Program-made: the position numbers and the translations under genes
Shown: one piece after another, positions 46,286 to 57,226 of the stretch
How the letters are laid out: every line of letters starts with the position of its first letter
How positions within the stretch are numbered: position 1 is the first letter of the stretch
NCBI GenBank assembly: GCA_002919265.1
Contig: PKEY01000074.1
Coordinates: 2,943-66,942, forward strand
Length of the DNA: 64,000 bases
From: Hyphomicrobiaceae bacterium
GTDB lineage: Bacteria > Pseudomonadota > Alphaproteobacteria > Rhizobiales > Hyphomicrobiaceae
Reading direction: 5' to 3'
Notes under the pieces: generated by a model
The model's input: the letters and a program-made list of their open reading frames with translations, nothing else
The model's database searches: none
Told to the model about the DNA's origin: nothing

Positions 46286-48082
46286 ATGCACCGCTATCGT
46301 ACGCACACCTGCGGCGCACTCCGTAAAGGCGACGTGGGGCGGATCGCGCGGCTGTCGGGCTGGGTGCACCGGGTGCGCGACCACGGGGGCGTGTTGTTCA
46401 TCGACCTGCGCGACCACTATGGCATCACCCAGATCGTGGCGGACCCGGACAGCAAGGCCTTCAAGGCGGCCGAGACGGTGCGTGCCGAGTGGGTGATTCG
46501 CGTCGATGGCCTTGTTCGCGAACGGCCGGAGGGCACGGTCAATCCGGATCTGGCGACGGGCGAGATAGAGGTTTACGCGCACGAGATCGAAATTCTCTCC
46601 GAGGCCAAGGAGCTGCCGGTCCCGGTTTTCGGGGAGCCCGACTATCCGGAGGACCTGCGCCTTACCTACCGCTTCCTCGACCTGCGGCGCGAAACGCTGC
46701 ACAATATCATCATGAAGCGGTTGGAGATCACGCGGTCGATCCGCCGTCGGATGCACGAGGCCGGCTTCAACGAGTTCCCGACACCGATTCTTACGGCTTC
46801 GAGCCCCGAGGGGGCGCGCGACTTCCTGGTGCCCAGCCGCCTTCATCCCGGCAAGTTCTACGCGCTGCCGCAGGCGCCGCAGCAGTACAAGCAGCTGCTG
46901 ATGATTTCGGGCTTCGATCGGTACTTCCAGATCGCGCCCTGCTTCCGTGACGAGGACCCACGCGCCGACCGCTTGCCGGGTGAGTTCTACCAGCTCGACG
47001 TGGAGATGAGCTTCGTCGAGCAGGAGGACGTGTTCCAGACCATGGAGCCGATCATCCGCGGCATCTTCGAGGAGTTCGGCGAGGGCAAGCCGGTTACGCC
47101 CGTGTTTCCGCGCATTCCTTACGAGGAGGCGATCCGCAAGTACGGCACGGACAAGCCCGACCTGCGCAACCCCATCGTCATGCAGGACGTGACGGAGCAT
47201 TTCCGCGGATCAGGCTTCAAGGTCTTCGCCAACATGATCGAAAAGGACCCCAAAGTCCGCGTCTGGGCAATTCCGGCGCCGGGCGGCGGCAGCCGAGCCT
47301 TTTGCGACCGCATGAATTCCTGGGCGCAAGGCGAAGGCCAGCCGGGCCTCGGCTACATCTTCTGGCGCGAAGACGAGGAAGGCGGCGCCGGCCCCATCGC
47401 CAAGAACATCGGACCGGAGCGGGCGAGCGGAATCCGCGATCAGCTGGGGCTGAAGGTGGGCGATGCCTGCTTCTTCGTGGCGGGTGATCCTGCACGGTTC
47501 TACAAGTTCGCCGGCCTTGCCCGCGATCGCATCGGGCGCGAGCTGAATCTGATCGACGAGAACCGCTACGAGTTCGCGTGGATCGTCGACTTCCCGTTCT
47601 TCGAGTGGAACGAGGAAGAAAAGTGCATCGAATTCGGGCACAACCCGTTCTCGATGCCTCAAGGCGGCAGCGCGGCTCTCGATGCTGCGACCACTGTCGA
47701 AGAGCAGCTCAAGATCAAGGCTCACCAGTACGATCTCGTCTGCAACGGCTACGAGCTGGCGTCTGGTGGCATCCGTAACCACCGGCTCGATACGATGGTG
47801 AAGGCTTTTGCCATCGTCGGCCTGAGTGAAGAAGAGGTGGAGAAGCGCTTTGGGGCTCTCTATCGCGCCTTCCAGTACGGGGCGCCTCCGCACGGCGGCA
47901 TGGCGGCTGGCCTTGAGCGCATGGTCATGCTGCTGACTGGCGTGAAGACGGTTCGCGACGTGGCTATCTTCCCGATGAATCAGCAGGCCAACGACTTGCT
48001 CATGGGTGCGCCGTCAGAGGTTACGCCGAAGCAGCTGCGCGAACTGCATATTCGTCTCGCGCTGCCGGAGCGGAAGGCGTAA
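46286..48082 (+). CDS. aspS: Aspartate--tRNA ligase
   Basis: [13 protein letters not shown] ... [44 protein letters not shown]. An upstream in-frame ATG at 46220 is a less likely alternative. Confidence 0.95.
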   Translation: MHRYRTHTCGALRKGDVGRIARLSGWVHRVRDHGGVLFIDLRDHYGITQIVADPDSKAFKAAETVRAEWVIRVDGLVRERPEGTVNPDLATGEIEVYAHEIEILSEAKELPVPVFGEPDYPEDLRLTYRFLDLRRETLHNIIMKRLEITRSIRRRMHEAGFNEFPTPILTASSPEGARDFLVPSRLHPGKFYALPQAPQQYKQLLMISGFDRYFQIAPCFRDEDPRADRLPGEFYQLDVEMSFVEQEDVFQTMEPIIRGIFEEFGEGKPVTPVFPRIPYEEAIRKYGTDKPDLRNPIVMQDVTEHFRGSGFKVFANMIEKDPKVRVWAIPAPGGGSRAFCDRMNSWAQGEGQPGLGYIFWREDEEGGAGPIAKNIGPERASGIRDQLGLKVGDACFFVAGDPARFYKFAGLARDRIGRELNLIDENRYEFAWIVDFPFFEWNEEEKCIEFGHNPFSMPQGGSAALDAATTVEEQLKIKAHQYDLVCNGYELASGGIRNHRLDTMVKAFAIVGLSEEEVEKRFGALYRAFQYGAPPHGGMAAGLERMVMLLTGVKTVRDVAIFPMNQQANDLLMGAPSEVTPKQLRELHIRLALPERKA

Positions 48083-48112
48083 GCCTGCGAGGCTTTGGAA
48101 AACACTAGCCGT

Positions 48113-48133
48113 GAAGCCGGAGCCTCCGGTTTC
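48113..48133. terminator. Short palindromic hairpin between convergent aspS and parE
   Basis: GAAGCCGGAGCCTCCGGTTTC is a near-perfect palindrome. There is no clear U-tract on either strand. Confidence 0.25.
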
Positions 48134-48233
48134 ACCGCTTTGCAACATCTGAAATCTGCCCTGTTGATTTGCTGCCCGCGCGGAGGCAATGCAGCCACCG
48201 CCAGACACTACGGCTGCGGCCGAGTTCTCGCGA

Positions 48234-50249
48234 TCAGATATCCAAATCCTTCGCGAACGGAGCGCGCTCCTGGATGAAGCGGAAGCGGGCCTCGGGCTTG
48301 GAGCCCATGAGGGCGTTCACCGCCTCAGCGATTGCGCTGTGGTCGCCGTCGCCCAGCTCAACGCGAAGCAGCGTGCGCCGCCTCGGGTCCATGGTCGTTT
48401 CTTTGAGCTGCTGCGCGTTCATCTCGCCGAGACCCTTGAAGCGGCTGATCTCGACCTTGCCGCGACCATTGAAAACCGTGCGCAGCAACTCTTCCTTGTG
48501 CTGATCGTCGCGCGCGTACGCCGTGACGTTGCCCTGCGTGATCTTGTAGAGCGGCGGCACGGCCAGATAGAGATGTCCGTTCTCGATGAGCTGCGGCATC
48601 TCTTGATAGAAGAAGGTGATGAGTAGCGAGGCGATGTGTGCGCCGTCGACGTCGGCGTCGGTCATCACGATCACGCGCTCGTAGCGCAGATCCTCCTCGC
48701 GATACTTCGACTTGGTCCCGACACCGAGCGCCAGGATCAGATCCGAGAGCAGCTGGTTCTGCGCGAGCTTTGCCGAGGAGGCATTCGCGACGTTGAGGAT
48801 CTTCCCGCGCAGGGGGAGCACAGCCTGCGTCTCCCGCTCGCGCGCGCTCTTCGCGGATCCGCCGGCCGAGTCACCCTCGACGATGAAAATCTCCGTGCCT
48901 TTGGCAGATTGGATGGTGCAGTCGGCGAGCTTGCCGGGCAGCCGGAGCTTGCGAGTGGCGCTCTGACGGCTGACCTCTTTTTCACGGCGGCGCTTCAGCC
49001 GCTCCTCAGCCTGCTCAATCACCCACTCGAGCAGTCTTGTTGCCTGGGCGGGTGAGTCGGCGAGCCAGTGGTCGAAGGCATCGCGAACGGTGTTTTCGAC
49101 GATGCGGGCCGCTTCTTGCGTCGCCAGCTTGTCCTTGGTCTGACCCTGGAACTCCGGCTCGCGAATGAACACGGAGAGCATGGCGGCCGCCGTGCCCATC
49201 ACGTCATCGGCCGTGATCTGCGCCGCACGGCGATTGCCGACGAGCTCGCCGTAGGCGCGAAGGCCTTTCGTCAGCGCCTGACGCAAGCCTTGCTCGTGGG
49301 TACCGCCTTCCGGTGTCGGAATGGTATTGCAGTAGGAGTTGCAGAAACCGTCCTCGTCCGCCAGCCATGCAATGGCCCATTCGACGGAGCCATGCCGCTC
49401 CTTGGTTTCAACAGAGCCCGTGAAGATGTCCTTCGTGACGAGCGTGCGGCCGTTGATCGTAGCGAGCAGGTAATCCTTCAATCCGCCCGGGAAGTGGAAG
49501 ACAGCCTCGGCCGGCGTATCGTCCTTGATGAGGGACGGATCGCACGACCAGCGGATTTCCACCCCGCCGAACAGGTAGGCCTTGGAGCGGGCCATTCGGA
49601 ACAGCCGCGCTGGTTTGAAGGTCGCGCCCTTGCCGAAGATCCGCTCGTCCGGCTTGAAACGCACCTTGGTGCCGCGCCGGTTCATGATCGAGCCGAGCTT
49701 CTGCAACTTGCCCTGCGGCTCCCCGCGGCTGAACACCATGCGATAGAGCTGTTGGCCGCGCGCGACTTCCACCTCGAGCAGCTCAGAAAGGGCGTTCACG
49801 ACAGAGACGCCAACGCCGTGCAGGCCGCCCGAGGTGTTGTAGGCCTTGCCCTCGAATTTGCCGCCCGAGTGCAGGGTGGTCATGATGACCTCGAGGGCGG
49901 ACTTGTTCTTGAACTTGGGGTGCGGGTCGACCGGGATGCCGCGACCGTTGTCGGTCACCGTCAGGAAGCCGTCGGCATCGAGCCGCACCTCGATCCGGTC
50001 CGCATAGCCGGCCACCGCCTCGTCCATCGCGTTGTCGATGACCTCGGCGAAGAGGTGGTGCAGGGCGCGTTCGTCGGTGCCGCCGATGTACATGCCAGGG
50101 CGACGGCGCACCGGCTCAAGGCCTTCGAGCACCTCGATATCTGCCGCCGTATAGCTCTCCGACGCGTCGATGATCCTGCGGGCGCGCCCGGTCTTGTCGT
50201 TCATCTCTTTCTCAAGCTTTGCGAACAGATCGCGTTGAGACTGAGCCAT
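48234..50249 (-). CDS. parE: DNA topoisomerase IV subunit B
   Basis: YTAADIEVLEGLEPVRRRPGMYIGGTDERALHHLFAEVIDNAMDEA, and the Toprim motif EIFIVEGDSAGGSA. The roughly 670-aa length fits ParE rather than GyrB. ATG at 50249. Confidence 0.88.
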   Translation of the reverse strand: MAQSQRDLFAKLEKEMNDKTGRARRIIDASESYTAADIEVLEGLEPVRRRPGMYIGGTDERALHHLFAEVIDNAMDEAVAGYADRIEVRLDADGFLTVTDNGRGIPVDPHPKFKNKSALEVIMTTLHSGGKFEGKAYNTSGGLHGVGVSVVNALSELLEVEVARGQQLYRMVFSRGEPQGKLQKLGSIMNRRGTKVRFKPDERIFGKGATFKPARLFRMARSKAYLFGGVEIRWSCDPSLIKDDTPAEAVFHFPGGLKDYLLATINGRTLVTKDIFTGSVETKERHGSVEWAIAWLADEDGFCNSYCNTIPTPEGGTHEQGLRQALTKGLRAYGELVGNRRAAQITADDVMGTAAAMLSVFIREPEFQGQTKDKLATQEAARIVENTVRDAFDHWLADSPAQATRLLEWVIEQAEERLKRRREKEVSRQSATRKLRLPGKLADCTIQSAKGTEIFIVEGDSAGGSAKSARERETQAVLPLRGKILNVANASSAKLAQNQLLSDLILALGVGTKSKYREEDLRYERVIVMTDADVDGAHIASLLITFFYQEMPQLIENGHLYLAVPPLYKITQGNVTAYARDDQHKEELLRTVFNGRGKVEISRFKGLGEMNAQQLKETTMDPRRRTLLRVELGDGDHSAIAEAVNALMGSKPEARFRFIQERAPFAKDLDI

Positions 50250-50429
50250 GCGCGGTGAACCTCGCGGGTGGACGAGCAGCACATCGGCACGAGCGTCCCC
50301 GGCCTCATGCCGGCGAATCTCACGCTAAATTACCTAGGCGTCCCTCGCACATGGCAGCGAAGCTGACAAGCTGCAGCGGGGTCACGCCGCGCGGGCTTGG
50401 GGCCAGGCGTGGCTTGCCTGCCCTTCGGC

Positions 50430-51293
50430 CTACTCCACGGCGACATTGTCGATGAGACGTGTCTTGCCAAGCCAGGCTGCGGCGAGCACTCGTAGCGGCC
50501 GCTTGGCTACGTCATCGACGACGCTGAGCGTTTCGGCATCCCGCACTTCAAAATAGTCGACCCTGAAACCGGCGGCGGTTAAAGTCTCCCGGCCCCGGCC
50601 GGCAACCGCGGCGATGGGCGAGCCATCGGCAATCTCACGGGCCGCTTTCACAAGTGTCTGATAAATCAGGGGGGCCTGAGACCGCTCTTCCGCAGTCATA
50701 TAGGCGTTGCGGGAGCTCATCGCGAGACCATCCGGCTCCCGGACGGTCGGGTGGCCCACGATTTCTAGCGGCAGATTGAGGTCGCGCACAACCTGGCGGA
50801 TGACGCAGAGCTGCTGGTAGTCCTTCTCGCCAAACACGGCGATATCAGGGGTGACCTGCCCGAAGAGCTTGGTGCACACGGTTGCGACACCGGTAAAGAA
50901 GTGCGGGCGGTGATCTGCCTCGAGGCCAAGCGCCGCCCCCTTGGGGACGATCTCCGTCGCAAAGCCCGGCGGGTACATCTCAGTCACATCAGGGATCCAG
51001 GCCAGATCGCAGTTTACCCCAGCCAGCTTTTCGAGATCGCCCGCTTCATCGCGCGGATAGCTGGCAAAGTCCTCGTTCGGGGCAAACTGTGTGGGGTTCA
51101 CGAAGATCGAGGCGACTGCGCGATCACACTTGGCCCTCGCCATGCGGACGAGCGCGAGGTGACCCTCATGAAGCGCGCCCATGGTCGGCACGAGCCCCAC
51201 GGTTTGCCCTTCACGCCGCCATCCGCGGATGACTTCCCGCAGCTCCACCAGGGAGCGCACCACCTTGACTTTAGTTGGAGACACCAGGTTCAC
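50430..51293 (-). CDS. panC: Pantoate--beta-alanine ligase
   Basis: VPTMGALHEGHLALV (HIGH-like) ... SIFVNPTQF ... FGEKDYQQ. Confidence 0.95.
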   Translation of the reverse strand: MNLVSPTKVKVVRSLVELREVIRGWRREGQTVGLVPTMGALHEGHLALVRMARAKCDRAVASIFVNPTQFAPNEDFASYPRDEAGDLEKLAGVNCDLAWIPDVTEMYPPGFATEIVPKGAALGLEADHRPHFFTGVATVCTKLFGQVTPDIAVFGEKDYQQLCVIRQVVRDLNLPLEIVGHPTVREPDGLAMSSRNAYMTAEERSQAPLIYQTLVKAAREIADGSPIAAVAGRGRETLTAAGFRVDYFEVRDAETLSVVDDVAKRPLRVLAAAWLGKTRLIDNVAVE

Positions 51294-51483
51294 CCCGTAA
51301 CAGTCGCCTTATTTTGCGGTGCGCAAAGTCCTTCGCTACAACCTGCTCGTCAAGGTGGCGATATAGCGTTTCCGGCAGTCAAACGGCGGCCATTTATCGT
51401 GGAGTATTGCCAAGGTTTGCTTCCGACAGGAAAGCCCCGATCTGGTAATAAGGACTCAGTTCATTCTGGCAGGGCGACGCTCC

Positions 51484-54400
51484 ATGTCCAATCCGACCGT
51501 GACCGCTCCACCTCAGGACTCGACACAGGTCATCCCACCGCGAGATGAGATCGCGGCCTACCACCTCATGGAGGAACCACGGCTCGTCGGAGCGCTCATC
51601 GAGCGAGCCATTTTCTCCGAGGACGAGCGGCGGCGCATCGCGGACCTCGCCCGGAGACTGGTCCACGCAGCTCGCGCGGGGCGACACAAGTTTTCCGGCA
51701 TCGACGCCTTCATGCTGGAGTACGGGCTCACCAGCGAGGAAGGCGTCATCCTCATGTGCCTCGCCGAGGCGCTGTTGCGCATTCCGGATGCTGAAACCGC
51801 CGACAAGCTCATCGCGGAGAAGATCGGCGGCGGCCAGTGGGAGAAGCACCTCGGTCATTCCGACAGCCTGTTCGTCAATGCCTCGACCTGGGGGCTGATG
51901 CTCACAGGCCAGATTGTGAAGCTGCGAGATGCCAACAAGGAGCGGCCTTCAAACCTGCTGAAGCGGATGGTGGTGCGGTCCGGCGAACCGGTGATCCGCC
52001 AGGCCCTGCGGCAGGCGATGCGCATTCTGGGCAACCAGTTCGTCCTGGGTCGTACCATCAAGGAAGCGATCGAGCGTGCCGAGCCGATGGAGGCGAAAGG
52101 CTATCGCTTTTCCTACGACATGCTCGGCGAGGCGGCGAAGACCGCCAAGGATGCGGAGCGCTACTTCCAACGATACATGGACGCGCTCGAGGCCGTCGGG
52201 AAGGCGGCTGGGCCGATGGTTTCCCAGCATCCCGATGCCCTCATGGCGCGGCCGAGCCTCTCGGTGAAGCTCTCGGCCATTCATCCGCGCTATGAGCCGG
52301 GAAAGGAGCTTCGGCTCACTCGCGAGCTGCTACCGCGCATCGTGGAGCTTGCCGCGGCAGCCCGCGCCCGTGGCATCGCCATCACTATCGACGCCGAAGA
52401 GCAAGATCGGCTCGATCTGTCACTCGATCTCTTCGCGCGCGCTCTGACCGATCCCAAGCTCGAGGGTTGGCACGGTTTGGGCCTTGCTGTGCAGGCCTAC
52501 GGCAAGCGCGCCATTCCGGTGCTTCGTTGGCTACGACGGCTCGCGCACCGCACGGGCAAGCGGATCCCTGTCCGCCTGGTCAAAGGCGCTTACTGGGACA
52601 GCGAGATCAAGTGGGCGCAGGAACGTGGGTTTGCGGATTATCCGGTCTTCACCCGCAAGCTGCACACGGACGTTTCCTATCTCGCCTGCATGCGCCTGCT
52701 GCTGTCCGACCAGCAGGCGTTCTATCCTCAGTTTGCCACCCATAACGCGCACACGGTTGCCGCTGCCTATGTGGCGGCGGCGGACGCGCCTTACGAGTTC
52801 CAGCGTCTCCACGGCATGGGCGAGGCGCTCTACGAGGAGGTCGTAGGGCCTTCCAAGCTCAACCGTCCGTGCCGCGTCTACGCGCCTGTCGGAGGGCACG
52901 AGGATCTGCTCGCCTATTTGGTCAGACGGCTGCTCGAGAACGGCGCCAACACCTCGTTCGTGAACCGGTTGGCCGACGAGGAGGCTCCCGTTGCCGAGAT
53001 CATCCGCGACCCGGTGGAAGCGGCCGAGCGGGAGCGGGAGATGCCGCGGGATTCAATTCCCAGTATTCCACTGCCGCCTGATATTTACGGACCTAACCGG
53101 CGCAACAGCCTTGGCCTGCCTTTGAGCGAGCCCACCGTCCGCGCGGCCGTGCAGGCCGAAATGGCAGCGGCCCTCGAGCAGAGGTTCGCCGCTGGCCCGA
53201 TCGTCAATGGTGCAACGATCGAGAGCGGCGAGGAGCTGGTGGTTTCCTGCCCGCACGATCACCGGCGCGAGCTCGGCACCGTATGTCTTGCCGATCAGGA
53301 CACGGTCGAAGAGGCCATCGTCAGCGCCACGGCTGCCGCTCACAGCTGGGACAGGCTCGGCGGAGAGGCGCGCGCAAAGATTCTGGAAAAGGCGGCCGAT
53401 TTGCTCGAGCGCGATCGGTCCAAGCTCATGGCGGTGATCGTCGGCGAGGCGGGCAAGACGCTGGAAAACGCGCAAGCCGACCTCCGCGAGGCTATCGACT
53501 TCCTGCGCTATTACGCCAACGAAGCGCGGCGCCTCTTCTCGCATCCCATCGAGCTGCCGGGCCCAACAGGCGAGCGGAACACGCTGGAGCTACGAGGCCG
53601 TGGTCCGTTCGCGTGCATCAGCCCGTGGAATTTCCCCATTGCCATTTTCACCGGGCAGGTTGCGGCGGCACTGGCCGCGGGCAATCCCGTGCTCGCCAAA
53701 CCGGCGGAGCAAACGCCGCTCACTGCCTATCTCACGACGCGCTTGCTCCATGAGGCGGGCGTCCCGCCGAATGTTCTCCACCTGTTGCCGGGCGCAGGTG
53801 ATGTTGGCGCCATGTTGGCCAAGGACCCGCGCATCCAGGGCGTCGCCTTCACCGGTTCGAATGAAACGGCATGGCACATTCAGCGTGCCCTTGCCGATCG
53901 GCGGAGCGCCATCGTGCCGTTCATTGCGGAAACGGGCGGCATGAACGCGATGATCGTCGACTCCAGCGCGTTGCCGGAGCAGGTGGTGCGCGATGCTGTG
54001 CGCTCTGCCTTCGACAGTGCCGGCCAGCGGTGTTCGGCTGCGCGCTTCCTGTTCGTGCAGGAAGATGTCGCCAAGCGCGTGATTGATATGCTCGTCGGCG
54101 CCACCGAAGAACTCGATGTCGGCGATCCGTTCGATTATGCGACCGATGTTGGGCCGGTCATCGACGAGGCCGCGCAGGACATGCTCGATGCCCACAAGGC
54201 CCGCATGTATCGCGAGGCCAAGGTGCTCGTCGATCTCAAGCTTCCCGAGCGCTGCCGGTACGGTACCTTCGTCACGCCGGCGATCTTCGAGATCGACCGG
54301 ATTTCGCGCGTCGAGCGCGAGGTGTTCGGCCCCATCCTGCACGTCATTCGCTACCAGCAGGGCCATCTGGACAAGGTGATCGACGCGATCAACTCGACCG

Positions 54401-54693
54401 GTTACGGCCTGACGTTGGGATTGCACAGCCGCATCAGTGCGGTGGCCGATTTCGTGGCCGAGCGGGCGCGTGTGGGCAACCTCTACGTCAACCGCAACCA
54501 GATTGGCGCTGTGGTCGGCGTGCAGCCGTTTGGCGGCGAGGGACTGTCAGGCACAGGGCCCAAGGCCGGCGGACCGCACTATCTGCTCCGCTTTGCGACG
54601 GAGCGCGTGCGTAGCACGGACATCACGGCGACCGGCGGCAACGTGCAGTTGCTCGGCCTCGGAGTCGATTCCTCGGCGACGGCGAAGGACTAA
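51484..54693 (+). CDS. putA: Bifunctional proline dehydrogenase / L-glutamate-gamma-semialdehyde dehydrogenase PutA (no RHH DNA-binding domain)
   Basis: 1069 aa. PRODH barrel (SVKLSAIHPRY, VRLVKGAYWD) plus ALDH domain (ISPWNFPIAI, FIAETGGMNAMIVD, AGQRCSA). Confidence 0.95.
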   Translation: MSNPTVTAPPQDSTQVIPPRDEIAAYHLMEEPRLVGALIERAIFSEDERRRIADLARRLVHAARAGRHKFSGIDAFMLEYGLTSEEGVILMCLAEALLRIPDAETADKLIAEKIGGGQWEKHLGHSDSLFVNASTWGLMLTGQIVKLRDANKERPSNLLKRMVVRSGEPVIRQALRQAMRILGNQFVLGRTIKEAIERAEPMEAKGYRFSYDMLGEAAKTAKDAERYFQRYMDALEAVGKAAGPMVSQHPDALMARPSLSVKLSAIHPRYEPGKELRLTRELLPRIVELAAAARARGIAITIDAEEQDRLDLSLDLFARALTDPKLEGWHGLGLAVQAYGKRAIPVLRWLRRLAHRTGKRIPVRLVKGAYWDSEIKWAQERGFADYPVFTRKLHTDVSYLACMRLLLSDQQAFYPQFATHNAHTVAAAYVAAADAPYEFQRLHGMGEALYEEVVGPSKLNRPCRVYAPVGGHEDLLAYLVRRLLENGANTSFVNRLADEEAPVAEIIRDPVEAAEREREMPRDSIPSIPLPPDIYGPNRRNSLGLPLSEPTVRAAVQAEMAAALEQRFAAGPIVNGATIESGEELVVSCPHDHRRELGTVCLADQDTVEEAIVSATAAAHSWDRLGGEARAKILEKAADLLERDRSKLMAVIVGEAGKTLENAQADLREAIDFLRYYANEARRLFSHPIELPGPTGERNTLELRGRGPFACISPWNFPIAIFTGQVAAALAAGNPVLAKPAEQTPLTAYLTTRLLHEAGVPPNVLHLLPGAGDVGAMLAKDPRIQGVAFTGSNETAWHIQRALADRRSAIVPFIAETGGMNAMIVDSSALPEQVVRDAVRSAFDSAGQRCSAARFLFVQEDVAKRVIDMLVGATEELDVGDPFDYATDVGPVIDEAAQDMLDAHKARMYREAKVLVDLKLPERCRYGTFVTPAIFEIDRISRVEREVFGPILHVIRYQQGHLDKVIDAINSTGYGLTLGLHSRISAVADFVAERARVGNLYVNRNQIGAVVGVQPFGGEGLSGTGPKAGGPHYLLRFATERVRSTDITATGGNVQLLGLGVDSSATAKD

Positions 54694-54694
54694 A

Positions 54695-55573
54695 TCAGCC
54701 TTCACGAGCGCGGCTGAAGTTGATCGTGATCAGTCCAATGATCACGAGCGCGCCGCCGACGGCGTGGTACCAGGCCAGCTCTTCGCCCACGAGCGCGACG
54801 GCCATGAGCGCTGTGTAAAGCGGGCTCAGGCTTAGCGCGGCCGAGGTGAGGATCGGGCCGGTCCGCCGAATGGCCTCGTTGTAGGAAAGGTTGGCGCCTA
54901 CGCTCGCAATCAGCACCAGTGCTATGATCCACATCAAGGCATGGAAATCGAGCTCGGGAAGGCCGGCCCTCAGCGTTTCAATGCCGGCCACCGGTACGAA
55001 CGCGACTGAGCCAGCGAAGCTCATGACAGTAAAAAGCAGGAGAGGATCGAGCTCGGTCGCGCGACGCTTCATGGCGACCGTGTAGACGGCCCAGGCGCTC
55101 ATGCCGGCAAGAGCCCACAGGTCGCCGACGGCCGGCTTCACGGCTATCAGCTGGGCGAACTCTCCGCGTGTGACGATAACGACGGCGCCGAACAGGCAGA
55201 TAACCACGCCGCCAATGAGGACGAAGCCTGGGCGTACCTGACGGGTAGCAATCTCATACAGAACGACGAGCGCGGCCGTGCACGTGTAGATAAGACTGAC
55301 GTTCGTTGCCGTGCCGACCTTGGAGCTTGCATAGGCCGCGTAGCTGCAAAAGCCCATGCCAAGGGCGCCCAGAAGCGCGACGCGCCACCACTTCTGCCAG
55401 GAAAAGCTTTCCAATCGCTGTAGGCCCATGACGATGGCCACGAGTGCTCCCGCTGCCAGCCAGCGGACAACGGTGAGCTGGCCTGGCTCAAATGCTCCCG
55501 CGAGGGCGCGTCCCACGACCGGGTTGAGGGCCACGGCAGCCGGCATGAGAAGCAAGAGAAGGAATTTGACCAT
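54695..55573 (-). CDS. DMT-superfamily (EamA-like) transporter
   Basis: Ten hydrophobic segments in two EamA-like halves. ATG at 55573 (MVKFLLLLL...). The stop lies 1 nt from the convergent putA stop. Confidence 0.8.
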   Translation of the reverse strand: MVKFLLLLLMPAAVALNPVVGRALAGAFEPGQLTVVRWLAAGALVAIVMGLQRLESFSWQKWWRVALLGALGMGFCSYAAYASSKVGTATNVSLIYTCTAALVVLYEIATRQVRPGFVLIGGVVICLFGAVVIVTRGEFAQLIAVKPAVGDLWALAGMSAWAVYTVAMKRRATELDPLLLFTVMSFAGSVAFVPVAGIETLRAGLPELDFHALMWIIALVLIASVGANLSYNEAIRRTGPILTSAALSLSPLYTALMAVALVGEELAWYHAVGGALVIIGLITINFSRAREG

Positions 55574-55716
55574 CGTGATGCTTTTGTTTGTGGGGAGCGC
55601 GTTGATTGGCAGGTGGTCGGATGCGGCGGGCTGGTTGTTCAGAATTCGGCAAATGGCCACCTATAGCAGAAACTGACAAAATCGAGCGGCCGATTACACA
55701 GCTGGCGAGCAGGATA

Positions 55717-56502
55717 ATGAAGGACCGCAGTTCACCGGCCAAAGACGCGGAACGAACCGAGCTTCCGACCAGTCAGCCCGGCGGAGCAGTAGACGAAGTA
55801 CGTGGCAAGTCAACGCCCCCGGCTCGTTCCTCCGAACGGGAGGTGGCCGAATTCATCGCACGCATGAAGTCTTTGGCGCCTCAGACAATGTCCGGGCGCG
55901 GACGACTCATTTTTGCGATGGACGCAACCATGAGCCGCCAGCCGACCTGGGACATGGCGTTGGGTATCCAGGCCGACATGTTCCGGGCGGTCAAGGAGAT
56001 CGGCGGGCTTGATGTGCAACTCGTCTATTTCCGCGGTGCGGGGGAGTGCCGGGCTTCCAAGTGGGTTTCCGATCCCGAGGCGCTTGCCCGGCTAATGACG
56101 ACCGTGTCGTGCCAGGGTGGGTACACGCAAATCCGCAAAGTCCTGTCCCATGCCCGGCAGGAGGCCGAAAAGAAAAAGGTTAACGCGCTCGTCTACGTCG
56201 GCGACTGCATGGAGGAGAATATCGACGATCTTTGCGGCCGCGCGGGCGAGCTGGCGCTGCTTGGCGTGCCCGTGTTCCTGTTCCAGGAAGGCTACGATGC
56301 GACGGCCGAACGCGCATTTCGCGAGATCGCGCGCCTGACGCGTGGCGCCTACTGTCGCTTCGATGCGGGCTCGGTTGCGCAGCTGCGCGAATTGCTATCG
56401 GCGGTCGCTGTCTACGCGGCGGGAGGCCGGGCTGCTCTGGAGCGGCTCAGCCATCAGAGCGGCGGTGGAGGCGCACGGCTCCTGCTGACGCAGATGAGAT
56501 GA
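55717..56502 (+). CDS. von Willebrand factor A (VWA) domain protein
   Basis: MIDAS-like start [11 protein letters not shown], with alternating beta/alpha pattern ([28 protein letters not shown]). ATG at 55717 follows AGCAGGA. Confidence 0.7.
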   Translation: MKDRSSPAKDAERTELPTSQPGGAVDEVRGKSTPPARSSEREVAEFIARMKSLAPQTMSGRGRLIFAMDATMSRQPTWDMALGIQADMFRAVKEIGGLDVQLVYFRGAGECRASKWVSDPEALARLMTTVSCQGGYTQIRKVLSHARQEAEKKKVNALVYVGDCMEENIDDLCGRAGELALLGVPVFLFQEGYDATAERAFREIARLTRGAYCRFDAGSVAQLRELLSAVAVYAAGGRAALERLSHQSGGGGARLLLTQMR

Positions 56503-56515
56503 GAGAACGGGGGGT

Positions 56516-57214
56516 ATGCAGTACTTCCTTCTCGGGCTTGCGGCGCTGTTGCTGGTGATGCTGGCGCTTCGCGGCTTCGCGCAGGCGGACGTGAGGGCAA
56601 TAGCGCGGCAGATCCGCGTCGTCGTTGGCGTCGTCTCGCTCGCGGCGGCTGCGGCGCTGATGTTCCGCGGTCTCGGCAGTTGGGCCGGGCCGCTCGGCGC
56701 CTTTGGGCTATGGATGCTGTTCGGCGGCAGTGGGGCGCCAATTGGCGGCAGGGCTCAGAAGTCGCCTGGACAGACTTCCCGCGTCGTTACCGATTATCTC
56801 GAAATGGAGCTCGACCACGACACGGGCGCGATGTGTGGGCGGGTACTGAAAGGCAGCTTCGCAGGCCGAGCGATAGAGGATCTGAGCCCCGCGGAGTTGG
56901 CTTCGCTCTGGAAGGAGTGCCGGTTCGAGGATCCGCAGTCAGCCCAAATCATCGAGGCTTATCTCGACGCCGCTCATCCTTCCTGGCGGGACGACATGGC
57001 ACAGGGCGAAGGGGAGAGCAAAGCTTCCGCGGCCGGCGGGAAAATGAGCCGCGAGGAAGCTTACCGGATCTTGGGCCTTGCCCCTGGAGCCAGTGAAGAG
57101 GAAATCCGCCGCGCGCACCGAGAGCTGATGCTCAAGTTGCATCCAGATCGCGGCGGCTCAAGCTATCTCGCCGCCAAGATCAACGAGGCAAAGGACGTTC
57201 TGCTCGGCCGCTGA
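56516..57214 (+). CDS. Membrane-anchored J-domain protein (TimB/Tim14-Pam18-like)
   Basis: Two or three N-terminal TM segments. C-terminal J domain [51 protein letters not shown] with an HPD motif. Confidence 0.8.
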   Translation: MQYFLLGLAALLLVMLALRGFAQADVRAIARQIRVVVGVVSLAAAAALMFRGLGSWAGPLGAFGLWMLFGGSGAPIGGRAQKSPGQTSRVVTDYLEMELDHDTGAMCGRVLKGSFAGRAIEDLSPAELASLWKECRFEDPQSAQIIEAYLDAAHPSWRDDMAQGEGESKASAAGGKMSREEAYRILGLAPGASEEEIRRAHRELMLKLHPDRGGSSYLAAKINEAKDVLLGR

Positions 57215-57226
57215 GAGCGGTTAGCA

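Noticed and set aside
46124-47200. 358-aa minus-strand ORF
   Set aside because: It is antisense to aspS, and the composition is Arg/Leu/Val-rich. It is a shadow frame.
49068-50258. 396-aa plus-strand ORF
   Set aside because: It is antisense to parE.
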